From Phoronis australis (taxonomy: Eukaryota; Animalia; Phoronida), in contig NMRA01000074.1 of assembly GCA_002633005.1 (NCBI GenBank), positions 1 to 64,000 on the forward strand: 64,000 bases of DNA. Reading direction: 5' to 3'. This document shows positions 25,807 to 38,900 of the stretch, in pieces (positions within the stretch are counted from its first letter, which is position 1; the number at the start of each line of letters is the position of its first letter). A program made the translations under genes and the position numbers. A model generated the notes under the pieces. The model was given only the letters and a program-made list of their open reading frames with translations. It ran no database searches and was not told where the DNA came from.

Positions 25807-28539
25807 TAATGCAACAATTTAAAAAATTCAAAGACGGCTTCTATTAAGTTTTCAATTTTAAAACCAGTCACGTATATCTTACTAATAGTTGTTTTTTACT
25901 TTGAAACTCGTATGCTAAACAGGCGTGTTGGTTTACGATCACAATTATCCACATGTAAACCACAGCCTAAAGCAATAACGAGGAATCTATTCATTTCGTA
26001 CCCTGAAATTACTTCTATTCTGAGTAAGGATCATGTTCAGGTCAGCTTCACAGCTGTAGTTGGTCTAAATCAAATGTTAGTCTTTTTGGTTTGCAGCGAT
26101 AATTTTTGTATCTTCAAAAGACTCATCAGCTTGGCGCAAAAAGCAAATACAAAAATACCAGGTGATGCAGTGCAGCTCAATGGTGTGCGCTTCGGACTCC
26201 TTCCGGATGGACTACTATTTAATAAAGGATTTTACTCGGTCACCACCAAATGCAAAAACATCAAAAAGGAAAGGGGTCGACGGCAGACATGGTGACAACA
26301 TTGTGCTTTTTGAAGCCGTGATGACGGAGAAATCAATGTTTGATAGAAAGTTTTAATTAATTTTCGGTGGACTTCATTACACCACACGAAATATGGAAAA
26401 CCACTTAACGGGAAATACAACAGAAAGTTCAAAAATCAGTCGAGAGCAAGAAATAAGCCGTACACATGTAGGTATGACACCCTAGTTACAATTTTTTTCT
26501 GAGATTAAACAAGTGATTAGGTTGAACTTCTGTGTTCAGAAAAAAAATCAAATTTAATTTTTTGAAAAACGATGACTTAAATTAAATGTTAACGCCGTTT
26601 TACTGAAACAGGCCTCGGTGGTGAAGACAAAATTCATCTATCAAAACAGGTCTGAGCAAGTTTGTAAAATCAATGTAATTGGGAATCGTGGCATGAAACC
26701 ATCTACTATATTCAGAGAAATGAGAAACGCCACCAAAAACAAGAGCGAATTTTCGAGAAGCAAGATCCTAAAACATGGAATCTCTAATACAGTTATTACA
26801 TTACATGTATATAGTAACACTACTGGTACAATAGAGGCGTTTTAGATAATTATGACTTTCTCGTAAAAGATTTCTTTCTCTTGCGATGAACACTGATGTT
26901 CACTTGAAGGTGTAACTATTTCCCACCGACATTTCCCATATACGAGCTTACATGTATACCCGTGGTTTCGCACGGGTAGTAGATTGTATAACTGGCACAG
27001 TAGAGGCATTGTATATATTTATGATCTTCTCATAATGGTCATATAATGTCATATCAATGTATTTGTGAAACGAATGACTTCTCTGCACTGTTCACACTCT
27101 TTTTGTGCTAAGAAATGCACTTTGTCCAATTACTTCGTAGTTTTACAAATTCTGAGCTTATTGTTCATCTTGCCCATTGCTTCAATTTTAATCCAACTTT
27201 AATTTCACATCAAAGAGTCAAAAATCTTATCTACACATTCTTAGTGAAAAAGTATATAAAAGAAAATATGAGAACTTGGAAGTGTCTTTTTGCACTGCGC
27301 TCTCTAGAAAGGAGAGGAGAAAAGTGATTACTACTTCGGTAGAATATACGTGCTGCTCTTGACTATATTTTTGGTTTTCAATTAGTTTAACTCACGGAAT
27401 TTTGAGTGAGAACAGTTTTAAAATTGGTGTTTCAGAACTTTTACCAAGCTGAGTCTGGAGATTTTGTACAATTGATTTGGTCGTGTGAACTTGTTACTGT
27501 TTATTGTTGTATAAAACTGCTACATATTTTTGGAAAACTTAATGAAACCAAGGTCTCTTATCTCCTTTTATGTCTTGTTAAATTTCACGTCCATAAACAG
27601 TAAGCGCCATTTCTGGAAGGATTTAAAGGTTGCTGGATGACAACTTTATAATTGAAAAATTTAACAATAACAACAACTGTCATTAAGGTGACCTCAATAA
27701 AAGATCTTTGAGCTCCTACACGGCCACTGTTTACTTAGTAGGTTTTTACGTTTATTTTTTTCTACTTCTGGTTCCATTGAGATGTGTGAGTGCGAATTTG
27801 TATGCATGTTTGTCCTTTCGAACGATGATTTGTTAAACTTTTGTAATCATTACCTTATTCCAAATTAATATGCTTTGCTGATTGTGAATATCAAAACGTT
27901 CTATGTATTTTTAATTAGAAGTAGCCTAATGTACTGCCACAAGTTGGCGGTGTGACTTTAAAAACGCTTATTTTTTCTGCTATTTTGACCTATTTTGTTC
28001 GTTTCATTTGTTTATTGAGATTAACAATATTTGAATTATTCTCTTAGATTGCACGAGACAATATTTTTTATCAATTACGACGTATTGTGCACAAACTCCA
28101 CATTTAACACTTGTAATTTCTCACCAAAATCATTGGCAAATGACACAAAAATGTGAAACTTTATACGCGCAAACTTTTTAAATTACAAAACTACAGCTAT
28201 GAATGAGGTGGAAAACGTCAAAATAAAATTTCCACGCGAAGTATTCACAGAACCTTTTTAAAGCTTCTAGGACCAACTGACTATTTCTACTTCTCCACGT
28301 TGTTTATCTTCAGGGGTGTAAGGTTTAACGAAATGTGATCATGGTTTATGAAACGAACCAAGCGTAACCAGAGTTAGCAATAGCGATGCAGCTGATGATT
28401 AATATTCCCTTGGTTGTAATATAAGATAAAATAGCGGCAATAGTAATCATTTGTATTCCTTATTTATGATCAGTTCAGTTGACATCAAAATACTTATATG
28501 ACTATCTGACGTCATCACATTGCTAGACCACGTATCTGT

Positions 28540-31500
28540 TTAGACTGGTGGTTTTCCCTTGCAAGAGCAAGTGGGGCAACCATTGCGGTAAACTCTCCCG
28601 AACGGACAATAGTTGGCGCACACTGGCCCACACACTGGAATGGAAACATTGACATCTTTCAACAAGGGTGAAACCTGGAGTTCATAAGAACTCACAACAC
28701 ATGTAAATATTTCCAACTTTCAAGTAACAATGCATAGTAGGCTATCTATTTGTGAAACGGGCTTAGTCCTGTCGTTTATTGCTCGTCGAATCTCTATAAC
28801 AGGGTTCGGCAGTTTGACATAAAGCTGGAAATTAGTGTTGATTTTTGAGTACTTTTATTGACTTCAAATTATTGTTTACTTAATGTCTAAAATGTCGATT
28901 TTTTGGATTTTGAATTTGTTAACAAACCGTCAAATGGCATCATGTATCTGAAGACTTTATATACTAAGCATGAGAATATGCATAAAGACAAGTGTTTTGT
29001 CAACAACTTAGGATTCCCTAAAGTTCTTGATAAATTCAATTAATGGATATAAAAAATTGGTACCAGTAACATTGTGCCTTTGTTCGAAAACGTTGCTAAA
29101 TTTCTATTTCATTGCAGAATCCTTTCATTGCGGATTTCATTTAAGCCTTGCTGTCGTTCCCTAAATGCTTTGTGGGACAATTATCGATTTGTAAACATCC
29201 AGTGATATCACAAATAACTTGATGACGTATGGGATTATGTCAGAAAACAACACATGTTTCTTGAGTGCACCAGAATGGAAAATGGTCCAATTCAACAAGC
29301 TTATTGATGGGAGCACGATTAAGGAACTGCCGTACAAAGAGCACGCTGGAAGGGCCCTCAGGCGAATTCAATTTTGTCCAAACCTCGGTCGCTTTTCTTT
29401 CACCAATATAGCCCCCCTGTTTCAACCAAGGGTTCGTCACTGACACAAAAAATAATTAGCCTATTGACAGTACTTGCCTCCCGATCCCTGCTTCCTAAGA
29501 TTCTGATTGCATTTGGAAAACACAGATCCCAACTTTGGATTTCCACCTTCAGTTTCAATCTAAAATGCGGACGTTTATTCGTGTGATGCCCTAGATAGGC
29601 TACTAGTAGACAGAACACAATTATGAAACTTAGATTGCGCTTCAAAATGAATCGGAAAAAGGGAAACTCGTGGCCAATCGGTCCTCTAAATTCACTTATA
29701 GAAACGGCATGTTTTTTTTTAATTAATTCCCGGTGATGTCACTCGATGTTGACGAGCCGCAAACCATCCAAAATACTCTTAAAAAACGACAGCAGCTTAA
29801 ATTTCCTGAATTGAGCACAAGTGTTAGTACAGGCATCATAATGTACGCTCGTAATGACACACCCATAACTGGAGGACAGGCTGGGTATGCGTGTAGGGAT
29901 GCAGTTATAAATGAGTCATCCAGAGCCTTGGTGCTTCGTCAACTTGCCTATGCAATGATATTTATATGTATATTTATGTTTGGATTCATGCCATCATTCT
30001 GACGAGACTTGCTTTGAATACACCGATACTTTAATTGATATGAACATAATTATGATGACGCTAATAAGTGATCTCTAAATTTTATGAAGAAACTGTTCTT
30101 TCACCTTTAGGCTTGGAGTAGCAGTTTTCAACCTTCAGACCATTTCCATCGAAGAACTCTGCATTACACCCGCCACAGTAGTTTGACCTGTAAATTCAAG
30201 ATGTTTGATACAATGACTTTCTATACAAACTTTAACTCTGATACTATAATTTACTGGAGTCACCATTTAGAAGAACGGGAGAAATAGCGCAAGAGCAGAA
30301 TTGAAACTAGTCTTTCCAGGAGGGTGAGTGATCGGAACGAGTTTGCCTTGTCAAATATCTTCTCATCTCTCTGGTTCGACCCTTAACGTCGTCTCGGTTG
30401 TTACTTCGGCCGTTGCCTCAGCCGCTACCCAGTTGGAGTAAGAGCAATGCAGCTAAACATTCGTTCCCGGTCATGTTCTTTTCTAGAATTGAAGCGTTTC
30501 GATGTAGTGCCTGACAACTCTCGAGTGCGAAAAATTCACTTCATTATAGTTGTTGAAATAGCTTCGCGGTTCTTCACTCTGTTCGCGGTGGTGGCGGTTA
30601 TGATGATGACAGTGATATTGATCGTGATCATAATGACACTATGGCGACATTAATGACGTTGCGGGTGGTGATGACGATGACGACGACAATGACCATGCCA
30701 ACGATAAAAGCAAGCGTATTGGTTCACACCCTATAGTTCTTTACACGTACCTGCATTCAGCATTTGGATTTGCTGGACATTTCGCAAATGTACAAGGGTC
30801 AACGAGGCAGTTAACAATTTTACAAGGTTTGTCTGTCACTGGCTCCTTGGGAACGTCCCGGCATACCGAACCACATCCGGTAGAACAGCAGATTTGACCT
30901 GAAAGAACATGGAGTTAAAATGGTCGATGATATAATGGTCACATTAATTTAGTAAAGCCTGTCAGCACATTCCGATTACTCGCACACGACTTTCAGCCGA
31001 CAGTCGTACACGACGTCCAAATTTATTCCAAGTTTCGTTTCACTAACTCATGTGAAGTTAGCAACTATACTCCGACTTCCTTCGCAACACAGTCTGACTG
31101 TGCAATAAGACCTCGTATGGGTCAATCGGAGTGTACAGACTAGACGGGCTTCAAATATTTTTGCCCATTTCACCCAAAGTTGCAATGCACTTCATTTTTA
31201 ATTAAGGAAGTGTATTTTTACGAAGACCACTGGCAATCAAAGCTCGTTTCAGCTTGACTGTTACACACATGAGAAGTGAATTGTACTCTTGGAAAGAATT
31301 CGCAGTTCGCTATTGCTGGAGGCCATTGTCAGCGCATAAAATGAGCTTGGTTTTACAAAATAACGTACTGCCATTCTTTGTAACTCCGAAAAACCTTGAA
31401 AATAAGTAAGTAATAAGTTGATGCCAGTTTTATAACAGTTAAGATCGTTGTACCTGTAACTATTGTAAAACAGGAAAATACATGAGGTCCTCAATTAAAA

Positions 31501-34500
31501 CGTATTTTTTACGAAAGACGTGTTATCACGCTGAAACCTTGTCATTTAGGTTTTTCATTTTTTTGCACACAAATATTTTTGTTTTGAGCGCAATTTAGGA
31601 TTCGTCAGTACAAATTATTCTAAATTCTGCGATGCCTTATAGACCCGAAATCTTGATGGGATTTGTATTCACTTACCATTACAGGTATTTTTAAAAACAA
31701 AAAATATTCATTTAAATTAATGAATTCATACATGTGGGACATACATTTCAAGCTCATACAGAGGTTGCAGTTTCCTTCGGAATTATAGACTTGTGACAAG
31801 CCGGCCGGAACTAAAACTCCTGCCATTGCGCGCGACGCTCACAAACACAAAGTACCCCCTGTAAGAGCACAAACATCAAGGGTAGACAGTCGGATTCTCA
31901 AATTTCTGGGCAGCTGCTAACGTTAATATCAAGTGCAGCGAAAATTCAATACGCATAGTCTAATATTTGGTAACATAATCTGGGTGATACTGATTTACCT
32001 GGCGCCTCAAGCCCACAAACAATATAAATGCAAACATAAGCATCGATCAGTTGAGAATTTCATACAGAGCAAATACATATAGATGTTCATTTTCGTATTT
32101 TTCTGATCTCAAGTATTGCAATAGCTGTCACTCAAGACCTACCGATGCTCCGTTCAGTCAAATACATGTACGCATACAACCTTGATATTTGAAACACTGT
32201 CGGTGTTGAATAGCGACAATAATTACTCAACATTCGCATGTGAATGTACTGTATACACTTACCGCCTTGTTAGTAATAATCGTAACAATGGCTGACTTCT
32301 CCTGTCCGGCCGAGTCAACCGGCTAAGACAGCTGACTGGTTTTGGATGACGGCTTACAAATCAATCAGATTTCTTAGCTACAGTAGTTAACCCGGTGAAC
32401 CCAGCGAAATCAAACAAGTGCAGGCATTGGCTGTTACTCTATTCAAAGTGCCAGTTACCCTCTGACACAGCGCCACCTATATTGCAATAGAGTGTAAGTG
32501 CCAGTAGGCGATGATCTTCTTGCGTACTCCTTTGGGTTAACGCTTGAATTGAGAGTTTCAAAAATGGGCGTGTGTGCGAGCAAAGGCATTTCAATACGAA
32601 AATTTTATTAGTTCTGGGTACTTATTTACCCCATCTGTTGAGTCACACAAGCAAACGCCTTCACTTGTTGTACACACAATCAGACTGACACTAGAATGCA
32701 CACGCCAGCCAACAGAACTGTGTCACACATTCTTCAGAAAAAAGTGCCAAAGTGTGCTGAAATAGACAACCCAGAGCTAAGAAGTTGCGTACGTTTTGGG
32801 AGCCAAATTTCTCTTATCAATAATACAATGTATGCCACACGTGACTAGACCCCAGAGGGTACTTACAGACAGTCTAGAGGTGCACCGCTTAAAAATAGGT
32901 TTTCGTGGCCAGATTCCCTAGAAAAGGGTGCGTTTTGACATTAAATTCCATTCAAAAGGCACATTTTATAGATCAAGAAATGTACAAAAGTGACCAAGTT
33001 CATTTTCTATTTAGGTATGTTGTGTTGGTCCAAAGGGTTTATCGGGTTTTAATTCCATTAAAGGTATACTACAACAAAAGTTCGGTGATGTTTTACACAG
33101 TGTCACCCTTTTAATTGCTTTCTGTTTGTAGAGAGTGGGTACACTTCCGTGATTCCTGTACTCCGAGCCTTCAGTTCGTGAGCGCATTGGTTGACACGTA
33201 TAGTCTTCTTCGCGCCAGACTCTACTAACCGTGAAAACTTACCGTCTTTGCAATCATCGTTAGATCCACAGCCGTAAAGACAGATACCGAATAAGCCTTT
33301 AGTGGAGGGACACCGATCTACAAAACATGATCACACAGAACGATCACAAGTAGGAGCCGCAGTTAAGCAATAAACAAATGGGCGGATCCAGGATTTTGAG
33401 TTAGGGGGTCAGGGCAGAGTATTAGCCAGGATATTTCCCGTCAGACATTCGCACCCCCGAACTGACAAATGTATCTGGGAGAATTTTAGGTCACCTTGAC
33501 CCCCTCTAAATCCGCCACTATACTCAAAGCAACAACTTCTCGATAGTCGTGTCACATTAAACCACTTAACGGTGATGCTCGCTCGTAGTCACAACGCGCG
33601 CGTGAAAGAGCAAGATCACGTAGGTCTTCGCGTGTTATCTTCATTCACTACAAGCAAAAGCATGTGATCACAATAGATTTCGTCGAGAGAATCTTGCGTC
33701 TGCGAAGCTCAGTCCAGATTCTCTCGTCTACGGAGCGTACATCTGCCTCCCGTTCAGTAACGCTAGGACCTCGCTAAAATGCAAGACTTCACGAGATTAC
33801 GTGAGATATTGCCGTTTATTTCAAATGAGAACACGTGACTTTGACTAGATTTTAGCTAGGTCCTAGCGTAGATCCTAGCGTCTACTGCACGCACGCCTGG
33901 TCTCAACTTGATCACTGCGCGCGTTGTATTGATTCCCGGGCTTTGGAGCGAACATGTGACAGTTTGTTATCATCACTTGAAATAATGCTCCGGAGTATAA
34001 AATGATTAGCCCGGTCTAGCCAAACAGGACAGGCCTGGCGTGCGTTCAGTAACGCTAGGACTTTGGCTTGGACTTGCTACTAGCTAAAGTCACGTGTTCT
34101 CTTTAAAATACACGGCAATATCTCACGTAATCTCGCGAAGTCTTTTTAGCGTGGTCGCAGCCTTACTGAACGGGAGGCTAGACTGGAGTAATAACGAAGT
34201 ATTGCCTCTTCCCAAGACCAGAAATTATTTTCATCTGTGCAAGACCTTAAGACAAGTTGTATATGGAAAAGAGGCCTAAATCTAAAGTTCAGGTTACCAT
34301 TGAATCAGGATTCTGTTAGCTTGTGAGTCTGGTGTAAACTGGAAAAACCAGGTCATTCGGTCATTCTAAGCTATGACCTAGTGTGCGCACATTTCAATTT
34401 TTGTATTTCTGACGCAAGAATTTACTCAATTAAGTTTGGAAAAACTGACACTTCGTTATTGCATGGGATCAGACTCGGTGATAAGTTGGCTTGTCACAAT

Positions 34501-35396
34501 CTGTCATTTTATGTGACGGACGAGTTCTCAAGCACTATAAGCACTATCGACATGTCCATAGTCCAGAAATCGTTTTCATCTGATTGAGGAACAACTCAAG
34601 CCCATTTTGTAAACTTTAGTCGCCGAAATCAAAAAGCGCTTTTGCAGCTTAAAATGATAGCCCAGTCTTGCTGTAGACTTCTGCTGGTTGAACTTCACAG
34701 TGAGTGGCTTGAAAGAGGTAGATACATGCAACTAGCCAGCTTTAAAAGTATGCTTCAAGTTTCTTTTACTTTACATTTTCCTTGAAACAATTGTGACATT
34801 TCCAGCAAAGGGACCTGTTTTCCAATTTTGGATGGGATGGGACCCCTAGGGCCTGTTTGTCGGAAAGTCTATAGCCATTTTTTTGTCTCGTGGCTTTGGT
34901 TTTCAGTCTGCTGCAGAGCAGACTACAGATTTCTGTCATTTGACTTCCAGTTGTAGACAGCTCTTCTGACTTTTATCCTTAGCCTGATTTCGTGAAACAT
35001 AATAAGCCATCCTAAGGCTGATTTTAGAAACAGTGACCCGAGGGAGGGACCGATCAGACATCATGGCAAGACAGCTGCTGCCGTGTCATTTGATACATAT
35101 TGTCGACTATTACGTCATTACAATCCTGATTTGAAGAGGAGGAAGCCCTGACGGAGGCCCCAATCAGACAATGCCTGAATGACTTACGGGCCAATCCACA
35201 CCTGATCTGTCATTTGAAACATACTGTCGACTATTCCTGCATAACAAGATGAATATTATTACCGCTGCATTGTTACTTGTGCAATCATTACATTTTGCAC
35301 ACAGTACCTCAAAGTCCACACCATTAACTTACCGTCAAATTTCGATGCAGCAGACGCAGCTGCTAGAAAGCAGAAGAGAAAATATGCGCTAACCAT
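28540..35396 (-). CDS. secreted WAP + 8-Cys module + antistasin protein (putative protease inhibitor/defence protein), 154 aa, 5 coding exons
   Basis: Exons 35333-35396 (MVSAYFLFCFLAAASAASKFD, signal peptide), 33243-33317 (DRCPSTKGLFGICLYGCGSNDDCKD), 30751-30898 (GQICCSTGCGSVCRDVPKEPVTDKPCKIVNCLVDPCTFAKCPANPNAEC), 30105-30187 (RSNYCGGCNAEFFDGNGLKVENCYSKPK) and 28540-28634 (VCGPVCANYCPFGRVYRNGCPTCSCKGKPPV*). GT-AG junctions, phases 1,1,2,1, 465 nt. Complete 8-Cys WAP pattern (..CC.xGCGxxC) and a 6-Cys antistasin pattern. Confidence 0.9.
33378..33520 (+). mobile_element. GGCGGAT-terminus MITE, with an inverted sister copy at 54028-54184
   Basis: Termini gggcggatccagg ... ctaaatccgccac. The internal block (gtatta.ccaggat.tttcccgtcagacattc.caccc.cgaac..tgggagaat.ttagg) matches the reverse complement of 54065-54150. 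Confidence 0.78.
33746..33896 (-). mobile_element. about 150-bp MITE with CWG target duplication (PIF/Harbinger-like), copy 1
   Basis: Flanked by CTG on both sides, with imperfect TIRs (cgttcagtaacgctagg). Sister copies at 34038-34177 and 44078-44228. Confidence 0.78.
34038..34177 (+). mobile_element. same MITE family, copy 2, inverted relative to copy 1
   Basis: gcgtgcgttcagtaacgctagg ... ttactgaacgggagg with the shared core aaagtcacgtgttctc..cggcaatatctcacgtaatctcg. Confidence 0.75.
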
Positions 35397-35459
35397 ATTT
35401 TCCGATTTTAGATCAATGACACAAAAATTGACACGCAGTATCACTGACTTAATGTCTCT

Positions 35460-35491
35460 GTGCGTTGAATGGGTATGTGCTGTATTTTATA
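35460..35491 (-). promoter_or_regulatory. TATA box and putative initiator of the WAP-antistasin gene
   Basis: TATAAAA at 35491-35485 (minus), then ccattca about 20 nt downstream; the ATG is at 35396. Confidence 0.65.
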
Positions 35492-38400
35492 GCATTTCTA
35501 GCACTATGTACAGGCATGGGAATTAACAGATCTCCGTAGGAGCGTCTCGTTTATTTAAGTACATGTACGGCGATAAGACGGGCGAGGTCAACTTCGAATA
35601 CTGTCAGAACGCGTCTTAAAATAACTGACGCCATTCCGTGACTACTTGTGGCGTAAAAGCATAATAGGTTCTCGGGTCTGTTTTTTTTTTGAAAATCGGG
35701 TGCGATATATTTTAGTTGCCCACATTTGCAGAAAAGAAAATCCATCTAAGACGAGCGCACCTGATTCGGGGTCTGTTTGTTTTATTTTTACTCATTGTTT
35801 GGCAAATCATGGGATTTCGAACCTTGCTTACGGGTGGGCGCTTTTAGTCGGTGAGCGCACTGGTCTCAAAATGAGTCGGACAAGAGACCTGAATTAACAG
35901 ACCGTTTTAGGCCCAAAAATTGTCCTCATACAAAGTAGCTGTACGAGAAATACGTCATCCCTCTTAATTAAGTCATTCTGCAATAAATGCTTATCGGTTT
36001 GCGCTAACAATGCGTGTACCACGTCAATGCGGTGACTGCCAACCATCGTGGGCCCTAACGACAAGCCTCTTCAGTCACTCTCGACAGTTGTTTATCACGA
36101 GGCGTAGTAGGCGCGGAGGGGCAGGAGAGGTTCCTCGCCATTTCCGATTTGGGCACAATAGAATATTCTGGGCTCAATAAAGGTCTACTAAGATCATTTT
36201 TCGCCACCACTGCTTCATCCAGAGAATAGCTCGACTGGCAAAGCTCCGCTCATTTTAGTTTTGTATTGTCAGGTATTTTGGTGGAAACAATGACCTTGTG
36301 CAAGAAAGTATTCACCCAGGATAGGCGAAGCGAACTCACTTGCATTCGTGAAACACTAACCATATTATGTCTTTGGTATCTATGAAAACTAATGCCGTAG
36401 CGCAGATATTTTTCCAAACAAAAAAGCACCTGAGATGAGTGGGGTTTTCTATTGTTCATTTTCACCTATGACATCCATCCGTCCTTTTTTATCTATTTTT
36501 CTAGGTTAAAACATAAGGCCAAAAAGTCTAGTTGGTTCTTGTGTGTAACTCGACTCAGTTTAAGACTTTTGCAACATCAAGACATACCGCCAAAACAATT
36601 AAAATTGTCAGGATATAGGTATTGAAGAAAATAGTGATGACCACCATTGAGAGGATAGTTGTGAAGGACTAATTCTAGATAAGTCTGTTTTACCTTTTAC
36701 ACTATTTCCAGTGCTACGAGAGAACTGTGGATTGATTATGTAACGTGGATATTCACTGGTTATCAGGAAGAAAAAACATTCTGACATTACGATTGGTTGC
36801 ATAGTATCATTCAAAATTCCAACTCGGTAATGTTGAGAAATGTGTTAGTATAGGCTACTGCTCTATCAATTGATAAACGTCATTGTGGCTTGCGGTTACT
36901 GTAATCAAAAGGACACTATAAATGGGTGGATTCCACACAACATCGTGTTTTGGGCACACTCAAGATTTCAAGGCATCTGAAGCAAAACAACAAAACGAAT
37001 CACCATTCACTTCTACACGTATACAACAAACATTCAAATCAAGACTTGCCCAATGATGCCCACAGAGCAGGCCATTGAAGCCAGTGGCTTCATGTATTAC
37101 GTCATCTGTAAATTAAAACGCTAATTTCGGACCCGGATGTTAAGTGGGCAACTGCCGTTCTACTCGGACAGAAACAACCCGGGAGCGGCCGCGAGGACAT
37201 CCGCCCCCGTCCGACGCCTTCTTCCCAATTGCTCCCGCGATGGAAAAGCGCTGGGTTCTGTGGCCGCAAGTCCCCAACGTAGTGTTTTTTCTGTGTCTTA
37301 ATGAGTCGTGGCCTCAGTCGAGTCGGCCGACGTTCGCGCTACTTTCTTGATGCCAAGCACAATTCCGAGGTAATCGTCCGCGACCTGCGTTTATAGCTTA
37401 CGCCTACTAGGTAGCGTGCTCAATATTCGGCTGCGAGAGAATTCAAAGAAACTATGTTAATGTTGAAAAATTTTCTGAATTTCGAGTAAAGCGAAGCGGC
37501 GGCCTCGGTATTTTATGCGCACCTGTTCGCCGCCGCGTAGGCGTAATCTGTGTGCTCCGGTCGCGTACTTCATAGAGAAACCTCAGTACTATGAACCCAC
37601 GATGACGAGGTGAGAGATCCTGGCTTATTTTTCCCGTTAAAAATATTTTTATATTTCTCTGACGTCAACCGTTTTTCTCCATTCGCAGTTTTTTGGTGAA
37701 AGCATTTCATACCGAAATACGTCTGTTCCACGACATTTGTTGAAAGTTGTTTGCAAATAGTATAATGTTTAAATATCGGTTAGCGTCGGGCGCACTGGGT
37801 ACAACATTATTGCTGGATTACATGAGCTTATAAGATGAAAGCAGACAATAAGAGCTTGACTGAGCAAACATTTATTTGCCATTGTCAAACTGATAACGAC
37901 GCGGCTGTATCCCGACTGGCCGATAAGTTAGTCGGGATACTTATTCCACAACGCGGGTGCGTAACGGTGTACATGAATGATGCACAAGTGAAATTTACAT
38001 TCAATATGGCGACTATGCTCTAGTTTTTGAACTTTTCAATTGAGCTCGGAGACGTACATATATTCTAAGTGTATAGACCAATCACTACAAACATTGCTCA
38101 ATGAACACTAAACAAATTTTCTGTTCTACTGTTACGTGATTTTGAGATTTTTTTAGATATATTTATAATAATGACAAAAAAATGAAATCAACAAATTCAG
38201 TCATTTTTGAAACTCAATCGTAGAAAAGTCCAACATTTAAGAACATGTTAACGGTTTCCTCCCCCGATGTTTTTTGTTCTATTTGACAATGTGTGTCCGA
38301 GCTTTTGACAGCATACAAAGAGACTTGTATCCGGGTACACAAATAAAAATTAACATCTACGGGGTATCAGCGTAACAGTTGTGTCGTCTCTTGACTTGGC

Positions 38401-38900
38401 AAACTGTCTGAAATTGTTTATGTGAAAAGTAAAAATCGCCAAAATGTATAACTGAAACATGTGTTTGAACTACGACCTTGGTGTTGTTCGCAAGTTATCC
38501 AAGCTTTTTCATCAGGAACGAACCTATGAGAGAGCGATATTACGACTGATAGGCCAAAACTGACTTCTGTTGACGTTCGCCGGCAAAGCCCTCTAGGAAG
38601 ATATTTCTAATGAAAACGTTAGGTGTTATACCTTCAATTCTTATGTGAAATTTGAAAGCGAGGCAACGTAAAGATTACCACAATTTCGTGTACAAATGAT
38701 GGGTAGTTTGTACCCGATTCAACTTTTGGTTCGTTAAATTCTTCAAGAAAAAAGGATTCATTAGCTCCGGGATCGAACAGTTGAACAAAGAAGTGCCATG
38801 CATGACGTAAAACGAGAATCGTATCGGTAAAGATGTATATGAACATAAGATTATTAATGTCTAGCACGAATGCAGACTTAACCGTTTTCATGTTGTTTAA

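Noticed and set aside
30480-30700. His-rich reading frame on the minus strand
   Set aside because: Degenerate (CAT/CGT)n low-complexity tract inside intron 3, with stops. The flanking exons already join in frame.
35187-35236. Apparent small exon (cag|GAATAG..CCC|gtaagt) in intron 1 of the WAP gene
   Set aside because: It would end in phase 2 and break the frame, and it is part of a local diverged duplication (second copy at about 35085-35115).
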